A stretch of 59,549 nt of DNA, the filler included, from Sphacelaria rigidula (taxonomy: Eukaryota), in NCBI GenBank assembly GCA_964200075.2. It is 9 parts of 9 records of this genome, joined end to end, with 100 filler letters (N's around TTAATTAATTAA, not from the genome) between each part and the next. Parts side by side here need not be neighbours in the genome. Positions count along the whole stretch, not along the records: positions 6,629 to 13,156 come from CAXNAA020019534.1; positions 13,257 to 19,784 come from CAXNAA020019535.1; positions 19,885 to 26,412 come from CAXNAA020019536.1; 6 more parts are not named here. One strand, 5' to 3'. The translations under genes and the position numbers were made by a program. Below the pieces are notes generated by a model. That model saw only the letters and a list, made by a program, of their open reading frames with translations, was not told where the DNA came from and did no database searches. Below are positions 12,187 through 23,088 of the stretch, piece by piece (the first letter of the stretch is position 1; each line of letters opens with the position of its first letter).

Positions 12187-12724
12187 CGCTCCGCCACTTA
12201 CTGTGACCGCCTGCTTATGATGACGATTGAGGAATAATCTGGTGTGATTTAGTCACCACAGGGGCGCAGAGTCAATCGAAATTGCGGTGCTACGCTTCTC
12301 CTATCCCCACGCAAGGCTATCTCCAATCCAGCCGAAATACACAAACGACCTCCTGGAGCTGGAACGCAGATCCGAGTTTTCTAGCCAGGCCTACGGTCAA
12401 GGATCGAAGCTTTCCGAAGCACTGACCACACTCATACAACAGAGATTCAACGGGAAAATAGATCGCACATGTACTGGCCACCCAACCAGTGTTACCCTCT
12501 AGCCGCAGGCCCGCATCGGGCGTCGCAGGTCCAGGATCCAGGGGATCGAAAAGGTTATGTTGTGTCTTTATCGCATGACCAAAGTTATAAAAAAAGATAT
12601 AAAATCATGACCGATCGCATTTTGACAGTCGATTTTTTCAAACATAAAGCAGCTGGTAAGTGCCAAACGAGTTCGTAGACAGAAGCCCCTGATATCTACT
12701 TGCCTGTACATTGTTAGAGAAGAC

Positions 12725-12829
12725 ATGCCTGGGCTAGACAGCTTGCTCGGAGTCTGGGACACTAAAACTGTTAGAGGTCAAGCCAGAGAGACCGAAGCTC
12801 GAGAGCTACTGCACAAAATCGCTGATCAG
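12725..12829 (+). CDS. WSS1: WSS1-like WLM-domain metalloprotease (DNA-protein crosslink repair), first coding exon; partial gene
   Basis: MPGLDSLLGVWDTKTVRGQARETEARELLHKIADQ resembles the WSS1A N-terminus (VWEIKAL...REDEARKILEKVA-x-QV). Phase-0 donor CAG|GTGCAA. Only 35 codons are visible. Confidence 0.65.
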
Positions 12830-13878
12830 GTGCAACTCACACATGCTACTTTTTGCCATCTACAGCTTTTATTCTGTACTGTTTATACTCAGTTGAGAAG
12901 CTGCGCCGCATGCCTCATCTGTCCTACAGGCTGGGCCGCCCAAGAAGCCACCAGGAATAGTGAAACGCATTTACTTCGCTCAATTTTGGATCGTTTTCGA
13001 TGAAATTTTGATACGATGTACAGGATATGTGTGCAAATACCAAACCTTTCCCTCTATGTTTTTGTTTTCTGTGAGTTACTGGCTATTTTGTTCCGAAAAA
13101 AACTGTTCTGAAATAATCCGTCGCCAAAATCTCACGGAAGGGAAAAAAAAAAAGGGNNNNNNNNNNNNNNNNNNNNNNNNNNNNNNNNNNNNNNNNNNNN
13201 TTAATTAATTAANNNNNNNNNNNNNNNNNNNNNNNNNNNNNNNNNNNNNNNNNNNNACCAATTTTTATCCCCGCCCCTCCGGGGCGTTTTTTGGGGGGGT
13301 TGGGGGGGGGGGGGGGGGCTATCTCGGCAGCAGTCTATTTGTGTCTTTGGGTTTATCGCGGCTTAGTGCCACGCGCAAACGCAATCAAGTAACTCGGGAC
13401 CTAGCTTGGGTGTGAGGGGAGCGCATGCAAGAAACCACAGTCCAATCCTCAGCTTCGTTGCCGAGATCTAAGCGTTGCGCGATCGGCACAGCAACATACT
13501 GCAACAAGACGGGCACAACAATACGAGCAGCGCCTTTTATCCTCCTGATGCTGTAACCTTGTGGACAGGAGAACAGAGACGTCAGTCACATTTTGTTGTA
13601 GAATGTACTACAGTAATAGTACATGAGGTGATGCGTGTATTTTTTATTGAGATGATTCACCCAATTACGATCCAATTCTTAGACATAAAGCGGTCGGGGC
13701 GGACTTTCCCGGCAGATAGTACCCAAAATCGGCCCCCATTCCAACCCATAGCGATGACACGGTACCGCCGGATAATATTAAAACTGACACTCATCGCGTT
13801 GATGTGTACGAATCATGACCTGCACTAAAGATGGATACTTTCGAACAGCGCTATGCCAAACATCAGCCGGGAAAAAGC

Positions 13879-14090
13879 AGGGCCCTACACATTACACGTT
13901 CACATTTCACGCGTCACGCCATCCGTTGAGCCAGGCTAGTACTACGGTTGGGGGACGGGGACCACGTGGGTAGCCCTGTTCATAAGTCAAGTCAATCAGG
14001 GCTCCCCAAGTGGTCCCCCACCGTAGTAGGGGCCTGATTCAACTCTTGACGTGACGCGTGAAATGTGAACGTGTAACGTGTAGGGCTCTG
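13879..14090. mobile_element. Palindromic hAT-like MITE
   Basis: CAGGGCCCTACAC...TTACACGTTCACATTTCACGCGTCACG / CGTGACGCGTGAAATGTGAACGTGTAA...GTGTAGGGCTCTG, with inner arms also complementary; flanks GAAAAAAG / CGAAAAAG. Confidence 0.75.
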
Positions 14091-14123
14091 CGAAAAAGGG
14101 CGTGCACGGTCCCTATCAACAAG

Positions 14124-17100
14124 TTACGTCTCTCGCGAGCGGAATAAGGACGACGACACATAACCAGAGGAAGCAGACACGCCCAATTCTAACTTCACGC
14201 CCGCTCTATCCTCATCAACCATCAGATCATCCTCCGCTGCCACATCAAAAACCGGCTCCACCTGCGCTGTCCAGCGTAGCCGCTTCGTATTCCTCCCAGT
14301 GGCGATGCCACTTCCGTAACTCACTTTCATAGCCGCGCCTCTGGAGTCACCGTTGCCCATGCTGCCGCAACTGCTGGGCTGCGCGGTGAACAGTTGGCCA
14401 CTACTTGTCACCCCCTTGGAAACACACGCAAGCGCGATAGTCGTCTCTAGTTCCAATTTCATGCGCGCCTCTGCCCGATCTGAAGGAACCGAATCTATTG
14501 GAGCTGCATCAGAGGGCGGTCCCAGAGCAGTAGGCGGTGCTCTCAAGTTTTCAAGCCGCCGCCTAGAACGGATGGCTCGCGAGCTGAGAGAATCATTTGT
14601 GTCGCGACAACAATCGTTCGCGTTGGGGCCAGCATTCGATATATAGCTGCGTCTTTCACCGCGTCTATCGATACCGACAGCAGTCTTCCCCACAGCCAAG
14701 TCGTCTCTCAGGTGTTTGTTTTCATGAACATGTCCTGCTGCATCACACGACATGACCAGCTCATGTGCAGCATGGGCCCAGAGTTTCTCGTATTCCCGAA
14801 CCCGGTTGACACAGCACTGCGAGGTGCATTGATGACCCATACCCGCCTGGACGTGTATGGTGCATAACTCCATCATCTCGCCACCGGCTGCACCGCACGA
14901 TGCTTGTTTTGAGCAGTCCTTCTTGCCACACCGCTTGTTTTCCACGTGAACCATGCCCGCCCGGGTGTGTGGGGCCCAGAACTCCGCCTTCCTGCCACCG
15001 GCTGTACCGATTGATGGTTGTTGTGAGCGTCCATCCTTACCGCGTCGCTTGGCTCCCATGTCAACCATGCCCGCCAGGGTGTGGGTGGCGCAAACCTCCG
15101 CCCTCCCGCCACCGGCTGCACCGAACAATGGGTGTTTGGAGCATTCCTCCTCGCCGCACCGCTTCCATTCCACCTCAACGATGCCCGCCGGAGCGTGTGT
15201 GGCGCATAACTCTGCCTGCCCGCCAACGGCCGACCGAAACAATGGTCGTTTCGAGCAGCCCTCCTTGACGCACTGCTCGCGTCCTATAGCGCCAATGTCT
15301 GCCGGGGCCTGTGTGGTGCAGAACGCCGCCTTCTCATCACCGGGTGTGCCGAACGATGGGTGTTCGGAGCAGCCCTCCTCGCCGCACCGCTTGCTTGTAA
15401 AGTCAACCATGCCAGCCCGGGCGTGTGTGGCGCAGAACTCTGCCTTCCCGCCATCGGCTGCACCGAACGATGGTTGTTTCGAGCAGCCCTCATTGCCACA
15501 CCGATTGGTTCTCACGTCAACTATGCCCGCCAGGGCGTGCGTGGCGCAGAACTCCGCCTGCCCGCCACCGGCTGAACCAAACAATGGTCGTTTGGAGCAG
15601 CCCTCCTCGCCGCACTGCTTGTTCTTCACGTCAACCATGTCTGCCGGGGCGTGCGTGGCGCAGAACTCCGCCTTCCCGCCACCGGCTGCACCGAACGACG
15701 ATTGTTTGAAGCAGCCCTCCTTATTGCACCGCGTTGATTTATTGTCAACCATGCTCGCCAGGGCGTGTGTGGCGCAGAACTCCCTTTCCCCACTTTTGGC
15801 TGCACCGAACGATGGGTGTTTGGAGCAGCCCTCCTCGCCGCACCGCCTGTGTTTCACGTTAACCATGTTTGCCGGGGCGTGTGTGGCGCAGAACTCTGCC
15901 TGCCCGCCAACTGCTGCACCGAACGATGGGTACTTGGAGCAGCCCTCCTTGCCGCACCGCTTGTATTTCACGTTAACCATGTTTGCCGGGGCGTGAGTGG
16001 CGCAGAACTCTGCCTGCCTGCCAACTGCTGCACCGAACGATGGGTACTTGGAGCATCCCTCCTTGCCGCACCGCTTGGCTTTCACGTTAACCATGTTCGC
16101 CGGGGCGTGAGTGGCGCAGAACTCTGCCTGCCTGCCAACTCCTGCACCGAACGACGGGTACTTGGAGCAGCCCTCCTTGCCGCACCGCTTGTATTTCACG
16201 TTAACCATGCCCGCCGGGGCGTGCGCGGCGCAGAACTCCACCTTCCGGCCACCGGCTGCACCGAACGATGGTTTTTTCGAGCAGCCCTCATTGCCACACC
16301 GCTTGACTCTCATGTCAACCATGCCAGCCCGGGCGTGTGTGGCGCAGAACTCCCTTTTCCCACTATGGGCTGCACCGAACGATGGTTGTTTTGAGCAGCC
16401 CTCATTGCCACACCGCTTGACTCTCATGTCAACCATGCCAGCCCGGGCGTGTGTGGCGCAGAACTCCCTTTTCCCACTATGGGCTGCACCGAACGATGGG
16501 TGTTTGGAGCAGCCCTCCTCGCGGCAACGCTTGTGTTTCACGTCAACCATGCCCGCCGGGGCGTGCGTGGCGCAGAACTCCGCCTGCCCGCCACCGGCTG
16601 AACCAAACAACGGTCGTTTGGAGCAGCCCTCCTCGCCGCACTGCTTGTTCTTCACGTCAACCGTGTCTGCCGGGGCGTGTGTGACGCAGAACTCCGCCTT
16701 CCCACCACCGGCTGCACCGAACGACGGTTGTGTGAAGCAGCCCTCCTCATTGCACCGCGTTGATTTATTGTCAACCATGCTCGCCAGGGCGTGTGTGGCG
16801 CAGAACTCCCTTTTCCCACTTTTGGCTGCACCGAACGATGGGTGTTTGGAGCAGCCCTCCTTGCCGCATCGCTTGTGTTTCACGTTAACCATGTTCGCCG
16901 GGGCGTGTGTGGCGCAGAACTCTGCCTGCCCGCCAACGGCTGCACCGAACGATGGGTACTTGGAGCAGCCCTCCTTGCCGCACCGCTTGACTCTCATGTC
17001 AACCATGCCCGCCCGGGCGTGCGCGGCGCAGAACTCTGCTTTCCCGCCACCGGCTGCACCGAACGATGGGTACTTGGAGCATCCCTCCTTGCCGCACCGC

Positions 17101-17894
17101 TTGTGTTTCACGTTAACCATGTTCGCCGGGGCGTGTGTGGCGCAGAACTCCGCCTTCCTGCAACCGGCTGCACCGAACGATGGTGGTTTCGAGCAGCCCT
17201 CACTGCCACACCGATTGGTTCTCATGTCAACTATGCCCGCCAGGGCGTGGGTGGCGCAGAACTCTGCCTGCCCGCCACCGGCTGAACCAAACAATAGTCG
17301 TTCGAAGCAGCCCTTTTTGCCGCACTGCTTGTTGTTCACGTCAACCATGTCTGCCGGGGCGTGTGTGACACAGAACTCCGCCTTGCCGCCACCGGCTGCA
17401 CCGAATGACGATTGTTTGAAGCAGCCCTCCTTATTGCACCGCATGCCGGCAGCACTGGCCATACCTGCCGGCGTGTGTGTGGCGCAGAATTCCGCCCTCT
17501 CATCACCGGGTGTGCCAAACGACAGGTATTTGGAGCATCCCTCCTTGCCGCACTGCTCGTGTTCTATGTCAACCATGCCAGCCCGGGCGTGTGTGGCGCA
17601 GTACTCTGCCTTTCCGCTACCGCCTGCACAAAACGTTGGGTGTTTGGAGCAGCCGTCCTCGCCGCCCCGCCTGTTAGTCACATTAACCATGCCAGCCCGC
17701 GCGTGTGTGGCGCAAAACTCCACCTTCCGGCCACCGGCTGCACCGAACGATGGGTACTTGGAGCAGCCCTCCTTGTTGCACTGCATGCTGACAACATTGG
17801 CTATGCCTCCCGGCGGGTGTTTGGCGCAAAACTCCACCTTCCGGCCACCGGCTGAATCGAACGATGGTGATTTGAAGCCGCCTGCACCACACAA
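14124..17894 (-). CDS. Intronless EsV-1-7 cysteine-rich repeat protein (27 repeats plus a ~230-aa C-terminal tail); first in-frame ATG at 17786
   Basis: 1256-codon ORF. Unit CGKEGCSKxPSFGAAGGGKAEFCATHAPAGMVNVKxKR, C-x4-C-x16-C-x2-H, typical of the EsV-1-7 motif of phaeoviruses and brown algae. Confidence 0.93.
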   Translation of the reverse strand: MCGAGGFKSPSFDSAGGRKVEFCAKHPPGGIANVVSMQCNKEGCSKYPSFGAAGGRKVEFCATHARAGMVNVTNRRGGEDGCSKHPTFCAGGSGKAEYCATHARAGMVDIEHEQCGKEGCSKYLSFGTPGDERAEFCATHTPAGMASAAGMRCNKEGCFKQSSFGAAGGGKAEFCVTHAPADMVDVNNKQCGKKGCFERLLFGSAGGGQAEFCATHALAGIVDMRTNRCGSEGCSKPPSFGAAGCRKAEFCATHAPANMVNVKHKRCGKEGCSKYPSFGAAGGGKAEFCAAHARAGMVDMRVKRCGKEGCSKYPSFGAAVGGQAEFCATHAPANMVNVKHKRCGKEGCSKHPSFGAAKSGKREFCATHALASMVDNKSTRCNEEGCFTQPSFGAAGGGKAEFCVTHAPADTVDVKNKQCGEEGCSKRPLFGSAGGGQAEFCATHAPAGMVDVKHKRCREEGCSKHPSFGAAHSGKREFCATHARAGMVDMRVKRCGNEGCSKQPSFGAAHSGKREFCATHARAGMVDMRVKRCGNEGCSKKPSFGAAGGRKVEFCAAHAPAGMVNVKYKRCGKEGCSKYPSFGAGVGRQAEFCATHAPANMVNVKAKRCGKEGCSKYPSFGAAVGRQAEFCATHAPANMVNVKYKRCGKEGCSKYPSFGAAVGGQAEFCATHAPANMVNVKHRRCGEEGCSKHPSFGAAKSGEREFCATHALASMVDNKSTRCNKEGCFKQSSFGAAGGGKAEFCATHAPADMVDVKNKQCGEEGCSKRPLFGSAGGGQAEFCATHALAGIVDVRTNRCGNEGCSKQPSFGAADGGKAEFCATHARAGMVDFTSKRCGEEGCSEHPSFGTPGDEKAAFCTTQAPADIGAIGREQCVKEGCSKRPLFRSAVGGQAELCATHAPAGIVEVEWKRCGEEECSKHPLFGAAGGGRAEVCATHTLAGMVDMGAKRRGKDGRSQQPSIGTAGGRKAEFWAPHTRAGMVHVENKRCGKKDCSKQASCGAAGGEMMELCTIHVQAGMGHQCTSQCCVNRVREYEKLWAHAAHELVMSCDAAGHVHENKHLRDDLAVGKTAVGIDRRGERRSYISNAGPNANDCCRDTNDSLSSRAIRSRRRLENLRAPPTALGPPSDAAPIDSVPSDRAEARMKLELETTIALACVSKGVTSSGQLFTAQPSSCGSMGNGDSRGAAMKVSYGSGIATGRNTKRLRWTAQVEPVFDVAAEDDLMVDEDRAGVKLELGVSASSGYVSSSLFRSRET
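14817..17891 (-). repeat. Coding tandem array of 27 units, 114 bp each (first unit 111 bp)
   Basis: Exact 38-aa period from repeat 2 to repeat 27, with no indels. Confidence 0.95.
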
Positions 17895-20800
17895 TCAGCA
17901 TGGGTAATCATTTGTCGTGCCGAAGTGTATGGGAGGTACATCGTCATAATAGCATTTGAGTCAACGAATGGTACGTGGCACGAAGGCTAGAGCGGACGAC
18001 AACCCAACCGTGGAGTCAGCAGGCGAGAAGGATAGCTACTGTAGCGGGGTAGCTACAGGCAGCACAGTGCCTTTTCCATGAGGGCAACAGTCCCGATGCT
18101 GCAACTACAGCGCGAACGACTTGACTAGGGGGTGCGTGTTTAGAGCTGAACACGCACATAGGTCTGTGCTGTAGGTGGCCCGATGGAAGACCGGGTCGAC
18201 CCATGCCGAGTGAACGGCCCTATATCGAACACGGCGTACAATCGAGTTAGAGCCGCTTCGGATAAGGCCGAACCGGCCTCATGCAACCGGCCTGATGTCG
18301 GGTCAACAAGCTGAAAGCGTTTTGCCAGTGGACGGATAATGGAATCACTGCGTTGACTTACTTCATTGATATTGTGGTGTTGTCTCTGCCGTGATACGCA
18401 CCCCAGTCTGTGGAGTGCCGGAGGTCCTTGCGTGCTGACGACCACGCGATGGCGTAGGACTGGCCCATTCCGCTTCAAGGCCAATTTTGGCCAACACAGG
18501 AAAAAAGGTCTCACATCCAGAGAGGTGTGACACCGGAATCTAGGTGGTAAATATCTGAAATGCCCCTATTGAAGCGGCCACATATCGGGTCGCCTGCTAT
18601 CGTGTCAAGGTCACTGGTACGAATTTTTCACGATTAGGATTCGCTCAACACACGACGCACCAAGGGTCACGTTTTGGGCGGCTCGCATCACAGGTAGTAC
18701 AAACTGGACAGTCAGTACATGTGAGTGACATCCGTCTGCCATAAACAACCGACCACGAAAGTCCGTAAGAGGTGGATGATCGCGTGGAGGTGGGCAGCAT
18801 ACGTCGATTCAATCGCGCGTCTAGCTTACTGCCATGCACTGTTGGGACACATCAATTCATCCTGTGTGGGTACTGGAGGGATGCTCCACATGAGTTGCGG
18901 TTACGGCGAGCACATTGTGCATACTACCGAGAGGCCATACGGCACTCACTAGGCAGCATGATCACAAGGCGCTGTACTCAGATCAGCGGTCCCTGTCACC
19001 ACCTGTATCTACACGCTACAGAGCTCCGAATGAGGGCAAGTATGTGGGAAACAATTATCCTTCACGGGGTGTAGTGATCCTCCGCTGCTGCCCCTTGGCA
19101 TGGAGGGTGTATACGCTGAACTTGTAACGCTTCAGAAGGGTGGAATGAAATGAGCTGGTGAAGTGTTGGGCTCGGAAGGTTTCTGATACATTGTCAGGAC
19201 GCGAAAACGAAGACTCTTGGGTGTACTCAAGTAGTTTCTAGCTGGGTGAGGGAATTTTTGTATATTTTGCGTAGTCGGCGATTTTGAGTAATCTTCTTGA
19301 GTGTCACCGGTCATAACAATGAACATTTCATGCCAACATTTGGAAATCGGGACACTGGGCATCCGCTCCAAATTTCGAAATAAAAACCATCTTATTGACG
19401 CTCAATATTGGACGATCAACGTGCTGATCAACAGGGCTTCTTGTTTACTGTTCTGATTGAGAAAACGTTCTGTTTTTTCGGCTCTAGCGCAATAAAGGGG
19501 TGAGAAGAGGAGGGGTTTATAAATAACTCACGCGAGCGATTGGGATTCATCAACGCCGCCCCATATGCTATACAGAGCTCGGTTGGAAAATTTTCGTTGT
19601 TGCGCATTATCCTGAATTCGCCAGCATAGTAGTCTTCCTTTGCATCCGAAAGTCCTAGCGTCGATAGATATTGGGAGAACAAGCGGGTGTTGGTCACGAC
19701 ACAATCTTCAAGTTGGTGATCATGCATGCCATAGTCATAAGACCATTGACCTCGCATCCCTACAAAGCCGGGACGGAGCACGCCNNNNNNNNNNNNNNNN
19801 NNNNNNNNNNNNNNNNNNNNNNNNNNNNTTAATTAATTAANNNNNNNNNNNNNNNNNNNNNNNNNNNNNNNNNNNNNNNNNNNNTAAATTAGCAGAGGGT
19901 ATTTGGTGGTGCGGTCAAACACCCACAATCCCCCGGGGCAAAACACTAACTTCCTCCCCCCCCCCCCCCCCCATTTGTAGGGATGCGAGGTCAACAGCCG
20001 TATGACCACGACAGGCGAGATCATGCTTACCCCCCTCCCTGCTTGATATACTTCCCCTTGCCCATCGGTCTGCTTGTACAATTGTGCGGGTCCCTAACCT
20101 TGTTCGATTTCTTGTTGTCTTTTTGGTGCATTCTTTGGCGTCTTACGAGGTAGAACACATATTTCCCCCAACAGTTGTCGCTTGCACCCCTTTTGCATCT
20201 TGCAGAACGGCTGCAAAAAAACAGTCGGTCCGATAATGGCCGTATTTCGCTTCTTCTCTCGAGGCAAAAATAAGTCGGGAATAAGAAATTGTTGTCCTCG
20301 CCGTCACTGAGCCTTGGTACAAACAAGTTGGAGAAAAAAACGTTCGAAAAAAGCCAAAAATGAGAGCTTTTGTCTTTGCACTAGTATCGTCACTGAAACC
20401 GTTTGAGCATGCCGCAATGGTACTTATCATGTGTATGCAACGGCTGCTTGTATGCAGCTACGTTATGTCCTCTACCGAGCAATGCCAAAGTTTCACTCGC
20501 TGTATTGGAAGTGCTTAGTCCCTTGCGTACGCCATGTCTATGGCCTGAAACTGGGGCTGGCGATGTTTCCCTTGTCTTGATCGATGTCTGAGGTCGCTCT
20601 ATCAGCTACCATGCTTGGAAACGCGGTGGATATCTCGATGCGCCCTACAGGTTACCGTGCTTTGACAGTCCACACATACATCCCCTGTAATGGTTTATGT
20701 GAGAAGTTTCCTTTGAAATTGAGTGGTGTGCTGAACACGGTACAGTAGTAGCTGATCAATGGTTCACGCCTGGCCCTCCCCTGTACTCTTTTTTATTAAT

Positions 20801-20976
20801 ACTCAGTCGATGCACCGTGGCATTGACTCTTGTGTCTGGAATACTCGTCGCAGTCGAAATACCTCCCCTGATATATCTACAGTCAGTAGTACTGTGAAGG
20901 TTCACACGTGTCGAGCGCTGAAGTTGATGTACCACACCCGTACTTGCTCCGCGCCACACCTTTCGGAGAATATCAG

Positions 20977-21132
20977 ATGGAAGACCAGATGCTGGCGATG
21001 CTGTATTGTTACCGCAAGCGATGCGCGCCAGACTCGCCCTCGGGACAGCTTATTCTGCCGGAGACTTTACGCGTTCTGCCGCTGTATACGCTGTGCGCAC
21101 ATAAGATGTTGGCGCTACGACCCAACGCTCAG
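20977..21132 (+). CDS. SEC24: Sec24C/D-type COPII subunit, internal exon (helical domain)
   Basis: CAG|ATG...CAG|GTAC, phase 0/0. LYCYRKRCAPDSPSGQLILPETLRVLPLY matches the Sec24 YRK-x-CA...GQLILPE-x-L-x2-LPLY motif. Confidence 0.92.
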
Positions 21133-21515
21133 GTACGCGAGCATCGTACCTCCGCTTGATGGAATAGTTGGGGTATTGTTGAGACCCGTAAATACCACTG
21201 GTGACTGACATGGTTGATTTCATGGGCGCGTATGGGCTGGACCAACGAAGGTGTCGACTGAAAGATCGAGTAGGTCGCCATGCCTAAGGACAGATCGTGT
21301 CACGCTGATGCTATACCGCGGGAACCCATGAAAAGTGTCGAATCATGTGCCTTCGCCTTATTTCCCCTTGCCTTTGTACTGGAGACGTCTCGGTGCGTTG
21401 CCAACACCATTCCCGCCTACACGTCGATCGTCTACCCCCGTTTATTTACTTCCTTCTGCCCGCTGGTCCATATTCCCCACATCCCGTTTACTTCGAAATA
21501 ACAACGAATGAGCAG

Positions 21516-21921
21516 GGCAACCCGCCGGACATACGAGCCGACGAGCGGGCGACGCGACTTCTGGCTGCCCACAACCTTTCTATCGTGGAAATGATCAAAG
21601 TTCTCTACCCGACGCTGTACTCCATACACGACCTGCCGCCGGATGTAGGAGATGAACCTCCCCCATCCCCGTCTCGAGCAAACGCGGAGCAGCCCAATGG
21701 GTATGTGGACCCGCAGACGGGAGAAGAGCGGGCATATAGGGCAGGGGAGGTACCACGACCCGGGGTGGACGTGCCGGTTGGGTTGCCTCCAACTTCGGAG
21801 AAACTGTCGAGTCAGGGCGTGTTTTTGCTTGACAGCGGGGAGGATCTGTTGATGTACGTGGGCAGAGGGACTAGTGCGGAGGTGCTGCAGGAGTTGTTCG
21901 GAGTGGCAACCCTTCCAGACG
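21516..21921 (+). CDS. SEC24: Sec24 internal exon (helical domain end and gelsolin-like domain)
   Basis: DIRADERA...LYPTLYSIHDL...SEKLSSQGVFLLDSGEDLLMYVG...LQELFGV; donor G|GTGAG, phase 1. Confidence 0.92.
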
Positions 21922-22942
21922 GTGAGAAATCTTCTTGAGCGACAATTACATCGTACATACGGTTACTACATGATGGTGACGTGAGTTTAGAGCGTTCGGT
22001 TTGTGTGTTGTCAGTACAGGTGTGTGTTGTACTTTCCCTTATTCTCTCTCTACCAGACGAGGGTGGTACACATCGCTCCTATTCGTTCCGCGTGGATCAA
22101 AACTGCCGTGCTCCTGTATGAACTTCGATGCTCTCGAGATGAGCTTTGCGTGTTGTCGAGGATGAAGTCTCGCATGAAGCCAGACGACAACTTGGTCTTT
22201 CTCCCCTCCCCGGCTTCACGTGCTATTCTCGTGGGCGAGGAAAGCAGCTGTTGTTTCACCGGTACCGCAAAAAGGAGGAATACGTTGCACAAAATATTCC
22301 TCATTATGATGGCACAACGCAGGTCGCTTGTCGTAACTTTCTCCACGATACCGCTGATCGTTTACGATCGTATAAAGTTGAAATGTGGAATAGGGTTCTC
22401 CGCCGCTGGCGATCACGATGTGGGCATAAATGCGGTAGCTCTCTCCTCCGCACGACCTCTTCTATGTACACCTGCATGCATGGGATATGGCAAGACACAG
22501 TGTTGCGGTTGGACATGGTATATAGACAAGGCCACTCGCCGAGTTTAGATGGCGTCACCCGTGCAAATACAGACAAGCAGTTCGTTCTCCACCCTGTGCT
22601 CTTGGTTCTTGTCTTGCCTTGTACCGTCAATAGTGCATACAGTAAATGCGACAAGATAAAAAGGATCCATAACAACATAGATCGACGCGTTCGGCAGTGC
22701 AAACCTTATCGTGACCCGGGCGGTGTTGTCTTTGCCGTTCACCATCCGGTACTGTCGCTGCGTCGTCCAGAGTATCGTACCATGTTGCTTTTCATTGCGG
22801 TGGCTATTGTAGCTTGCATCTGTCGTCCACTCGGGTCAAAGCAAAATAGCTGAGTTTGTGGGCAAACTCTCAGCTGAGGTCGTCAGCTTACTTTGTATCG
22901 CATTGACGATTACGCCGAATCGAACCTGCCCTACCTTTCCAG

Positions 22943-23088
22943 GTGTAGGCTCCGGTCTACGATTGGTGGAGCAGGAGGGTTACGAACAAGCACGACGAAC
23001 ACGAAACGTGATTGCCCACCTGCGCAGGGGTTGCTCTGCACACAAACCGCTGTCCATAATAGTGGCCAATTCTGGTGTTACTGAAGAG
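22943..23088 (+). CDS. SEC24: Sec24 internal exon
   Basis: TTTCCAG| acceptor (alternative in-frame AG gives 22949). LRLVEQEGYEQARRTRNVIAHLRR...PLSIIV. Donor GAG|GTACGT; phases fit both neighbours. Confidence 0.85.

Noticed and set aside
14953..17907. Long plus-strand ORFs (347 and 598 aa) opposite the EsV-1-7 gene
   Set aside because: They are antisense shadows of a GC-rich in-frame repeat, broken by stops where the sense codon varies.
14124..19784. Integrated phaeovirus around the EsV-1-7 gene
   Set aside because: No other viral gene is recognisable in the contig, the flanks are host-type repeats, and the family is known as host genes in brown algae.
22003..22853. 181-aa and 235-aa ORFs
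   Set aside because: They lie inside a Sec24 intron and have no recognisable motif.
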